From the IMG/VR virus record IMGVR_UViG_3300030060_002428: a DNA stretch of 64,000 bases, one strand, 5' to 3'. The notes under the pieces are model-generated. The model was not told the DNA's origin, did not search any database, and saw only the letters and a list, made by a program, of their open reading frames with translations. The position numbers and the translations under genes are program-made. Positions 7,753 to 16,500 of this stretch are shown here, piece by piece. The first letter of the stretch is position 1, and each line of letters starts with the position of its first letter. This DNA comes from an uncultured virus (IMG/VR IMGVR_UViG_3300030060_002428). Its lineage: Duplodnaviria > Heunggongvirae > Uroviricota > Caudoviricetes > Crassvirales.

Positions 7753-8796
7753 TTAAAATATTACGTAGTTAGCTCCAACAGTAAAGTCATGCCACTCTCT
7801 GTTCCAGTATTTGTTGTATTTCCCCTCTAAAAATACACCTAAATTTTTATTAAGCCTCCATCCAAAGATAAGGCCTGCACTATAATCAAGCCACTGCTGC
7901 CCATTTGTAGTCTCAAAGTATGAGTACTCGCCACCTGTATTTAGGTGGTATGGAATTACACTTACCCAATTGTGCAGCCAAAAGTCATCTGTAAAATGGT
8001 AGTAATCATACCCTACAACTGCAGAGTAGTTCCATTGATCTGGTAGCTCGCTTCTTTTCCTTGCTACGTAATCATCTATAACTTCTGGTATTACTACCTC
8101 TGTCCAAACATCTGAACTTTGTGCACACAACTCACCGTTTGGGTCATAATACTCACTAGCCTGAACATCTACAGTGTAACCTTCTTGTATTGCTAGCTGT
8201 GTGTAGTGTATATTATTATTATCTAGTAGCCATTCTGCTAACGCATCATACCCATAAGGTTCTGATATACGCTGTACTAAACCAATGTTAAAACTAAACT
8301 TATCGTTTACATTCAATCTAAATCTTTCAGATCCCTCAAAGTATCTAACATCTGCAAAGCCATCTTGTAAGTACTCAGCTTTAGCAATCCAGTTTTTTGC
8401 TACATAACGCAAGAAATAGTCTTGGTCCAAAAAGTTTCTACCCTGCTGTCTACGCCAATCAGCCTCAAATAAGAACTCAAACCCTTTTACCTTACCTATG
8501 TTAGCCGCGTCGCTATAAGATCGCTCTGTGCCGTTGTAAAACGTGTTAGCGCGGTTCTCATACCCAAACCTTGCAATCTTACGTACTCCTACAGTAAAAG
8601 AGTAATCAAACGGAGTTTCTACAATATCTGTTTGCAGTCCGTTTGTTACAGAGTAAAGATTGTCGTCAGCTATAGAATTACCACCGCTAAAAGCTGCATA
8701 AAAAGTAGAAAACTTAAATGCCTTTTTCAGCGTTTGCGCTTCTACTGTAAACACACAGCAAAAAATACTTAGTATTATTAAAATTATTTTTCTCAT
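7753..8796 (-). CDS. Putative outer-membrane beta-barrel protein
   Basis: Signal peptide ending VEA-Q; many amphipathic aromatic-rich strands; C-terminal BAM-like signal ...FTVGANYVIF. Confidence 0.7.
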   Translation of the reverse strand: MRKIILIILSIFCCVFTVEAQTLKKAFKFSTFYAAFSGGNSIADDNLYSVTNGLQTDIVETPFDYSFTVGVRKIARFGYENRANTFYNGTERSYSDAANIGKVKGFEFLFEADWRRQQGRNFLDQDYFLRYVAKNWIAKAEYLQDGFADVRYFEGSERFRLNVNDKFSFNIGLVQRISEPYGYDALAEWLLDNNNIHYTQLAIQEGYTVDVQASEYYDPNGELCAQSSDVWTEVVIPEVIDDYVARKRSELPDQWNYSAVVGYDYYHFTDDFWLHNWVSVIPYHLNTGGEYSYFETTNGQQWLDYSAGLIFGWRLNKNLGVFLEGKYNKYWNREWHDFTVGANYVIF

Positions 8797-9536
8797 TAAT
8801 CTTTGTATTGTTTATATCTATTTCCTATAGCTTGTAGAGAAGCTGTTGTTGCAGGAGGTACATCAGATCCAGTGTAAATTCTAACATCAAGTAGTTCAGC
8901 GTTTAGAGGCTCTGTTTCTCCACTGTGAGAACCTATTTCTGAAAGATCACAAAACTGAGAAAACCCTCCATCTACAGCAGTTTGACCTATTAAATCTCCA
9001 TCTATGTTATAATAATAATGGGCATTAGAAACACCTGATCCAGGCATATAAAGTATTAAAACTTCTACATCACTTCCAAAAGTATAGTTTGTACTAGAGT
9101 TAGCAGTACTATTAATAGCTGTTGCTACCTCTGCTCTTTTAGCTGTAGCAGGTTTCCATTTTACACTAGTGCCTCCAGATCCTATTTGTAAGTATCCGTC
9201 AGGATTTCCGCTCGTTCCTGCAAATCCTAATAAAGTGTTATCTGATGAAGTATCAAGATCTACAAATGCAATAACAAACATCCAAGCATCTGTAGTAACT
9301 AAAGAGTGAGCAGTGCTTAAATCTAAGTGGTCATTAGTGCCATCAAAGTTTAAAGATGTTGCAAAACCGGCAAGCTTAGCATTATTTCCTAGTCCTTTAT
9401 GTTGAGGCTGAAAATTACTATTAGATTGATCCCATGTTCTACTACCTACACTACCTTTAGAAGAGATACCTGTTCTTTTAGTATCCGTGCTGATAGTCGG
9501 ATCAAATGCTGATAATCTTACTTTTGCTTTTCCCAT
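8796..9536 (-). CDS. LamG/ConA-like domain fibre protein
   Basis: SLNFDGTNDHL and LNAELLDVRIY are LamG-like hallmarks. Confidence 0.6.
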   Translation of the reverse strand: MGKAKVRLSAFDPTISTDTKRTGISSKGSVGSRTWDQSNSNFQPQHKGLGNNAKLAGFATSLNFDGTNDHLDLSTAHSLVTTDAWMFVIAFVDLDTSSDNTLLGFAGTSGNPDGYLQIGSGGTSVKWKPATAKRAEVATAINSTANSSTNYTFGSDVEVLILYMPGSGVSNAHYYYNIDGDLIGQTAVDGGFSQFCDLSEIGSHSGETEPLNAELLDVRIYTGSDVPPATTASLQAIGNRYKQYKD

Positions 9537-10063
9537 TATGCTGCGTCTATTGATACGTTATCTATAACTACTACATTCGAGTCTTCAAAGCCAGGAATAC
9601 TTATAAATACATCAAAGTCATATATTTCTCCTGACCCTGCAGCATCTAAGTTTGCATCAGATCCTCCTGAGTCCAAGAATGTGGCTACTGTAAGATCGAC
9701 TGCTTCATAATCATCTGCACTGCTAATCGTTATATTACTAGTTGCTGTAGAAAGAAAATAAAAGACTTGACCGCTACCAGTATACTGAAAAATATTAAAG
9801 GTTTTAGTTCCAATTCTGTGACTATCACTTCCAAGAGTATCATGGTTCTCAACTGTTAAAGTTGCAGTGCCATTTACTTTAGCTCCAGTAGATTGTGTAA
9901 TTCCATTTAGTAATGCAGTTTTAGTATCAATGTTAGTAACTTTAATAACTACAGCAACATTTTCATCATCAGTATCTACTATAGAAATTTCTGCTAGAGA
10001 TAATTTTACCAGCTGTTGCACTGTTTGACCTATTACGCATGTATTTATTCCTAGCTCTAACAT
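9536..10063 (-). CDS. Putative fibre/virion protein (MLELG N-terminus)
   Basis: TAATG-coupled; shares MLELG start with 10302..11084. Confidence 0.5.
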   Translation of the reverse strand: MLELGINTCVIGQTVQQLVKLSLAEISIVDTDDENVAVVIKVTNIDTKTALLNGITQSTGAKVNGTATLTVENHDTLGSDSHRIGTKTFNIFQYTGSGQVFYFLSTATSNITISSADDYEAVDLTVATFLDSGGSDANLDAAGSGEIYDFDVFISIPGFEDSNVVVIDNVSIDAA

Positions 10064-10302
10064 TATGCACTTGTATCTAATTCTTTATACCACTCTCCAC
10101 TTTCGTCTTTTAGTATAGCTTTAATTTCTGACTCAGTGTATGTTGTCTTGCCGTTAAGAAACGATGGTTGATCTCCTTTGTATTTTACAAAAGTTTTTGT
10201 GCCATCATTATTATACCGTAACGTATTAGCGCTTGTTTCGAGAACTTCGCTAAAGTTTACTGAGCTAACTTCATTAGCATTTATGATTACATATGTTTTC
10301 AT
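10063..10302 (-). CDS. Small protein next to the LamG fibre gene (possible fibre chaperone)
   Basis: TAATG-coupled on both sides; LETSANTLRYNNDGTKTFVKY. Confidence 0.5.
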   Translation of the reverse strand: MKTYVIINANEVSSVNFSEVLETSANTLRYNNDGTKTFVKYKGDQPSFLNGKTTYTESEIKAILKDESGEWYKELDTSA

Positions 10303-11084
10303 TAGCTTGGTACTTCAGTGTCAAATGATGCATCATTCCCTAGACTGCCATTACTAGTTCCAGCAGCATCATCCGTATTATTATCAAATTTATAGTAAAC
10401 ATCTAGTTTACCAGCACTTTGGTAGTTGCCTGAGTTTGCAGTGTAATCATGGGGCGGCTTTTCGGCTAACGCCAATAGTTGCGCTGCTGATAAATCCTCC
10501 TGCCAAAATGCCCACTGATCCATGTGCCCATCTAAATCGTAATCTAAACCATTCCAATTACCAATGTGTAAATTAACATCAAGTTCAATATTTGACAAGG
10601 CTTGCGCTGTAAAAGTATTTGAAAGAACTACTAATGATTGAGCTACTCCATTTTTGTATATAACAAAAGTACCTGAACTTGTGTCAGATCCTCCTGGAGT
10701 CCAAGTTACGCTCCACATGTTCCATTCGTCAGAGGCTCCCGCACTAAAAACTCCCACAAGCGCGAATTTAGCAGTAGTGTCATCATTTCTACCCCTTATA
10801 ACAAAATAAAGAGCTGTACCTTGAAAATAAAGACCTATTAATCCGTTTGCTACACCACCTGTATTCTGGGTACCAAACAAAGTTTGAGGTCCTGAAACAT
10901 TATCTATGTTGACCCAGGCGCTAAACGTAAAGCCAGTAGTCTCACAGTTACGTAGTAGGGCTTGGAAATTGTTATTCGTGTCAAAGAAATCATCAGTACC
11001 GTCAAGTAGCAATGAATGCGTATTTACATACCCTTGTTCACTAGGCTGAACAGCCACAGATATTCCAAACCCTAACTCAAGCAT
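10302..11084 (-). CDS. LamG/ConA-like lectin domain protein (receptor-binding candidate)
   Basis: SLLLDGTDDF, FTFSAWVN, WNMWSVTW, IYKNGV, LHIG, LDGHMDQWAFW, YYKFDNN. Confidence 0.8.
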   Translation of the reverse strand: MLELGFGISVAVQPSEQGYVNTHSLLLDGTDDFFDTNNNFQALLRNCETTGFTFSAWVNIDNVSGPQTLFGTQNTGGVANGLIGLYFQGTALYFVIRGRNDDTTAKFALVGVFSAGASDEWNMWSVTWTPGGSDTSSGTFVIYKNGVAQSLVVLSNTFTAQALSNIELDVNLHIGNWNGLDYDLDGHMDQWAFWQEDLSAAQLLALAEKPPHDYTANSGNYQSAGKLDVYYKFDNNTDDAAGTSNGSLGNDASFDTEVPS

Positions 11085-11602
11085 TATGCTGGATTACCTT
11101 TGTATAATACGTAAAGTGCACTACTGTCTCCAGTAATTGCTGTTACATCTCCGTAGAGTATAGTACCTGCAGGTATTTCTTGACCTGTAACAGTTGTACT
11201 ACTACTTATAGTAAGAGTAGTAGGAGTACACGCTTTTAAAAACTGAACTGCAAAGTATGTTCCAGAACTTTCACTCTGAGCTGCATTACCGTTAATCATT
11301 ACACATCCGTTGTTACCAAATTTAAGTAAATCATTTGCACCAGCTGATACAACGTCTACTTGCATTTCAGTGCCGCTAATAGCATTATCTAAAATTTCTA
11401 CTGCAGTTTTAATATTTGTAAGTAGCACTTCCATTGCAGCTAAATCTACATTTCCTGCTGTTACAAGTGTTTCTAAAGCCTCTAAGTTTACATCAACGTC
11501 ACCTAAGTTAACCTCTAAATCATCTGTATTTTTTACAATCTCATTTAGCAGAATCTCGGTGTCAGTTCTGTAAGTTTTTGATTTATCATAATTTGTTGCC
11601 AT
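11084..11602 (-). CDS. Putative virion fibre protein with coiled-coil N-half
   Basis: Heptad LEALETLV..LAAMEVLLTNIK; C-terminal IPAGTILYGDVTAI. Confidence 0.5.
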   Translation of the reverse strand: MATNYDKSKTYRTDTEILLNEIVKNTDDLEVNLGDVDVNLEALETLVTAGNVDLAAMEVLLTNIKTAVEILDNAISGTEMQVDVVSAGANDLLKFGNNGCVMINGNAAQSESSGTYFAVQFLKACTPTTLTISSSTTVTGQEIPAGTILYGDVTAITGDSSALYVLYKGNPA

Positions 11603-12006
11603 TATGCTATAATTTTATCAATATTAATAATTTGCTCACCTGAAATATTTTCTGGTAAACAGTCTTCTGGAATCTCTAAAAGTTCTAGTTCAACTTCTTC
11701 TTCCATTAATTTCTCTAGCTCTGCTAACTGATCTTTACGATCTTGAATTAGCTTAGCATTCTTTTTTTCTAATGCCTTTACTTCTTTCTCGTTTTTGTCG
11801 TTCATCAGCTGATTCATCTGAACAGAAAGAGCTACAAACTCGTCAGATGGTTTACTAGCATTTTCAAGGTAGTCTAGTTCTTTCTGTATTGTTCTAACAT
11901 TCTTAGAAACTAACAATCCAAACTTAACTCCTTTAAGTTGTTGCACCGCAGCAAGCCCGTTGAATAACTCAACAAACTCGCTATTTTTCATTTTCATTTT
12001 AGTCAT
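11602..12006 (-). CDS. Helical hypothetical protein (possible fibre assembly chaperone)
   Basis: Charged, helical; directly downstream of the fibre gene. Confidence 0.45.
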   Translation of the reverse strand: MTKMKMKNSEFVELFNGLAAVQQLKGVKFGLLVSKNVRTIQKELDYLENASKPSDEFVALSVQMNQLMNDKNEKEVKALEKKNAKLIQDRKDQLAELEKLMEEEVELELLEIPEDCLPENISGEQIINIDKIIA

Positions 12007-12026
12007 ATCTATATAATTGATTAATA

Positions 12027-13550
12027 TTATCCTATTCTGTACATGGTTACTGCAGTAGCTCCAGTTCGTCTAATTCTGAATCTTCCTACACCGACAGATA
12101 CTGCGTTGGCTACATCGTCTTGAGCAAATACTTTCATCATTCCAACAAGTGTTACTCCTGTTCCTCCTGTTATTGTTACATCAACACCTGATGAAGATGT
12201 TAAATTTATTATACTAAAGTCAAATGAGTCTCCATCTGCTGTTAGTGATAAGCCTGAAACTAAATTAGATGCAGTATCTGTAGCCTTACTTCTGCCTGAA
12301 GTTGGTGTACACTGTACAATACCTGTTAAAATATTTGCTGCAGATATTGCAGTAGTCCCGTCATCTGTAGTAGCCGGAGCACCTTGGTAAGTAATAATAC
12401 TTGGTGTAGCTGTAGCTCTAGCATAAATTGGCTTTGCAGATACAAACAAATTACCTAATACAACTGACACATCCTGCGAGCTATCTATTGTCACTGCGTT
12501 TTTCGTAGATCCTCCTGCGTCATATGTATGGAAGTTGATGCTACCTGGAGTTCCTGACGCCGCGTCTCCTGCGCTAAGCTTTAGTGATCCTCCCGCGCCT
12601 GAGCCTGTACCTGCACCTGCAAATAATTCCAAATCACCTCCAGTCATATTGCCTCCACCTGCTGTTGCTGCGTAGATTCTTAGATCTGCTCCGTTAGTTC
12701 CAGATGCTGAGTTAGTACCTACAATGTCGTAGTTAGATTGATATGCAGCAGTGTTACCTATTGTAATTGCTGTACTAGTTGAGCCTTGTACATTTAACTG
12801 ACCTGTTGCCTCTCCAGTTGTAAGAGTCGATCCTGAGTCATTTAGAATTACTTTACCATTAGTGTGTACATACAGACCTCTGTCAGATCCATCGTCACTA
12901 ATGTAGTTAGTATTAAGATCAATATTATAGCTACCTGTATCTAGATTAGCTGCTAAGCTTGACAGGGTAGCATTAAGAGTTAGCACTCCTGCTACAGTAG
13001 CGTCAAGTGCAAGATTAGTTCCAGCATCAATAGATGCCCATGCGGGTATGCCTGTAGTAGAGTTGTGTACAAGTATTTGAGCGTTAGCTGATGGAGTTGC
13101 TGATGCAATTACATTGTCTGCACTAGCGTAAAGAACTGATCCTTTTGTTATTGTAGATAGCCCTGTACCGCCATTAGCAACTGCACATTCTCCTGTAACA
13201 CTGCCTGTAAAATCTACTCCTGTCACAAAACCAGATGTAGCGTTGTTACACAGACTAAGGTCAATACCTGCTTCTAGCACCGTCAATACTAAGTTACTAG
13301 TATCCGTAGCTACAGTTAAAAGCCCAGTGTCTCCAGACTTAATGCCTTTAAAGACAATTTGATTTTTATTTGTTAAAGTTGCGCTATTGTATAAAGTTTC
13401 AGAGCTAGTTCCTGCTGTAGATACAGCTGGAAATAATGACTGAAGTTGAAACTTTTTAGCGGCTTTAGTACTAGAGTTAGCTACAAGTAAGTAATCTGTA
13501 GTTGCTACACTCGCTTTAGCTAACGTTGATAATGTTGTTATTTCTGCCAT
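12027..13550 (-). CDS. Tail/head fibre protein
   Basis: Gly/Ala/Thr-rich; VANGGTG motif, LAANLDTGSYNI, GGDLELFAGAGTGSGAGGSLKLSAG triple-beta-like repeats. Confidence 0.7.
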   Translation of the reverse strand: MAEITTLSTLAKASVATTDYLLVANSSTKAAKKFQLQSLFPAVSTAGTSSETLYNSATLTNKNQIVFKGIKSGDTGLLTVATDTSNLVLTVLEAGIDLSLCNNATSGFVTGVDFTGSVTGECAVANGGTGLSTITKGSVLYASADNVIASATPSANAQILVHNSTTGIPAWASIDAGTNLALDATVAGVLTLNATLSSLAANLDTGSYNIDLNTNYISDDGSDRGLYVHTNGKVILNDSGSTLTTGEATGQLNVQGSTSTAITIGNTAAYQSNYDIVGTNSASGTNGADLRIYAATAGGGNMTGGDLELFAGAGTGSGAGGSLKLSAGDAASGTPGSINFHTYDAGGSTKNAVTIDSSQDVSVVLGNLFVSAKPIYARATATPSIITYQGAPATTDDGTTAISAANILTGIVQCTPTSGRSKATDTASNLVSGLSLTADGDSFDFSIINLTSSSGVDVTITGGTGVTLVGMMKVFAQDDVANAVSVGVGRFRIRRTGATAVTMYRIG

Positions 13551-13561
13551 TTTTTTATTTA

Positions 13562-16500
13562 TTAAGTATCATCGCTAGTAAAAGATGATCCATCATTCTC
13601 TATAGGAGCGCCTCCTATTGTTAAAGGGTTATTTGTCTGAATACTTTCCATTGCTTCAGTTACATACGGAGGAATACCGCATTCTCTACAATACTTCTGT
13701 GCAAAGCTAGTAAATTTCTGTAAATAGTTTGTATTATCAGAGTAAGTTACTGCATCCACACACTTTTGCCATCCTGAAATAGGGTTATCTGGAAAAGATA
13801 CAGTAGTGCTAGGATCTAAATTTAATCCTATTGTAGTGACAGCTTGGTAGATAATATCGTGATGTTTTACAACAGTACCTACAGTATACACAGCTGTGTC
13901 ACTTGGGTTCCAGTATAGGCTGCCACTGCCTTCCCATTTTTCCTCACACCTCGATCCTGGGCTATCTGGAGTCTCTGAGTCTGCACAGTTGTATATGCAT
14001 GGCAAGCCTTTCTTGCTTAATAGTTCAGAGATAATTATAATCTTCCAAGCCTCCATCGTACTGCAATCGTCCGATAAGCCTGAAATTAGTTTTGTGTAGA
14101 ACCTGTTACCTACATTAGCTAAACATCTTTCTACGTCTCCTATTACAGAATTTATCCTGTTAGGAATACATACTGCAGATACAAAGTCTACACAGTTAAT
14201 AGGGCATGGAGGATAGTTACAACTACCATCTTCCATATTTGCACTAGCGTTAAAGTTAAGTGCATTTGGATCTGTACAACCAGATACAGGATCTGGTACA
14301 CAGCAATCTACTGAGTAAGATCCGTCAGGGCATAGACATTCTCCTTCACAAGGATTACATGGGTACGTACATGTACCATCATCAACAGTTGCTAAGCTAT
14401 TATAGTTGTCAGCATCTGGGTCCGTACATCCATATACCTGCGGCTCTGGAAGACCCTCACAAACGTCCATACCTATTGTTACGGGCGCCTGTATTACTCC
14501 TGGACAAAATGCAGCTAATATACCGCCGCCTTGCTGGCCTACTGACCACCCAGGAGCAGCCACCATTACAGCTCCTTGATCTGCAAGAGCAGCTGCAGTA
14601 TATATCACCTGTACAACGTATGCCCCATTAGGCAAATCACTAAAGGTAAATGAAGTTGTAGTGTCAGGATCTATAAGAAGATTTGCATCTATAAGATTAG
14701 TATCTTGGTTCCATGTTGTAACAAAATCTACAGCACTTACAAACCCTGGAGCAAAGTTTGCCTGCATTTGGGTTTGACCAAAATACGGAAATGTAGGAGG
14801 AGGGCTTAGCCAAGTAAGTATTACTGCTGCATATAAACCGTTTGGATTTTGAATTGTCAAACCAGAAACACTAGGTAAGTTAACTACTACAGAGCCTGTA
14901 TTATCTGGCTCACATAAACCAGTTGTTTCATTATATGTAGATGCTGTATTAGTAATAACTTGATTGTTCATTATGTAATGAACATTACTATTTGCAAAAT
15001 CATGAATAGTTGAACAATCATCTAAAGTTCCACTGCCGTCGTATATACAACTTCCGTCTTCAATAGTTGCTGCAGGATTAAAGTTAGCAGCCTGCATGTC
15101 TGTACATCCTAGAATATCTAAATTAATGTATTCACATGTACCATCATCTAGGGTAGCATTTACATCATAGTTTGTAGCAGCCGGATCTGTACAACCAGGT
15201 ACTTCTGGAGGTGGCGGATATTGACATGATCCGTCATCAGTGTTTGCATCTGGGTTATAATTAGAAGCCTCTGGGTCAGTACAACCTGTAATTATTGTAT
15301 TTACATCTCCACTACAATCTACATTTTGACAGTGCTCTACAGTGTTAAAATAGCCGTCTCCTGAGTTTGACCAAACTGATTGATAAACAGATCCCCATAC
15401 TCCAGGCTCACCATATGCAATAACTGTCTCAACTTCAGTAATATCTCCATGCTCAAGTATGTATCCACATGGAACTGACATAAGAGGTGTTCTATCACCT
15501 GTCTGTAATACTCCATTTTCATCTACAGTAACTTCGCCATCTGAAAATAACAAGTTTCTTAAACCAAAAGTGTAAGGACCTCCAATAAATCCTTCAGCAG
15601 TCTGAGTTATTATAAACTGCTCACCGTCTGCAAACTTAATTCTAAAAAATGGGCAAATAAGGTTTAGACCGGTAATAATATTGTTTAACTCCGATCCCGC
15701 ATATGTTCCAAAGTCCTCATAGTTATATGTACCTTCTTCAAAATTAACCCATATTGGAAGAGTTACGCCGTTACTAGCTGTAGGAGTGTACTCTAGATTT
15801 TGAGAAGTTGACCATCCACTATAAATGCTTTCTTCTCCTCCTCCTAGAGCAGCAGCAGCTACGGCAGGATAAAAAATAGGACTTAAGCCACAGAATATAT
15901 TCTCAAAAACATATGCAGTTGCTGCAACAGTACCGGGCCCTAAAGGTCCTGAAGGTAATCCTGATGTGCCAATAACTTCATATCCGTTATTAAAAACTGC
16001 AAATATTTCTGGATTGTTTCCTAACCAATCATCCTCAAGAACTGTAACACCGCAAAGTGTAGGCTCTATAGAAAATGGCGTGTTAAACGCAGATGGATTA
16101 CACTCAGGAGTTATACAATCGTCAGCTGGTACAGTGACATCTGCATTATAGTTTACAGCGCCTGGCTGATCACAACCTTTTAATCCAATCTTAAATTCTT
16201 TAACTGCATAGCACTCTTCATACTCCTTAACAGCACTTCCATGAGTATATGACAATATAATTGCATATCTGCCGTGCGCAAGTCCTGTTAGTGATAAAAA
16301 TCCTCCTGAAGCGTTTGTGCTAGTAGATATTAATGAAACACCTGAAGCGCCAGTAATGTTTGTTTTAACGTTGTCGCCATCTCCTTGGCTTCCAATCTCT
16401 AAAGTAAGAGGTATTTTGTATAATTTATATTCATACGGATTAGCATCTGCAGATCCTGAGAACCATTGTCCTGCACTAAACTCATTCCAAGTTGCTTGGT

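Noticed and set aside
4107..8796. Host-DNA contamination or prophage boundary explaining the host-like genes
   Set aside because: The genes share strand, tight or overlapping junctions and similar composition with flanking phage genes; no integrase or att site is seen. Read-level confirmation is still advisable.
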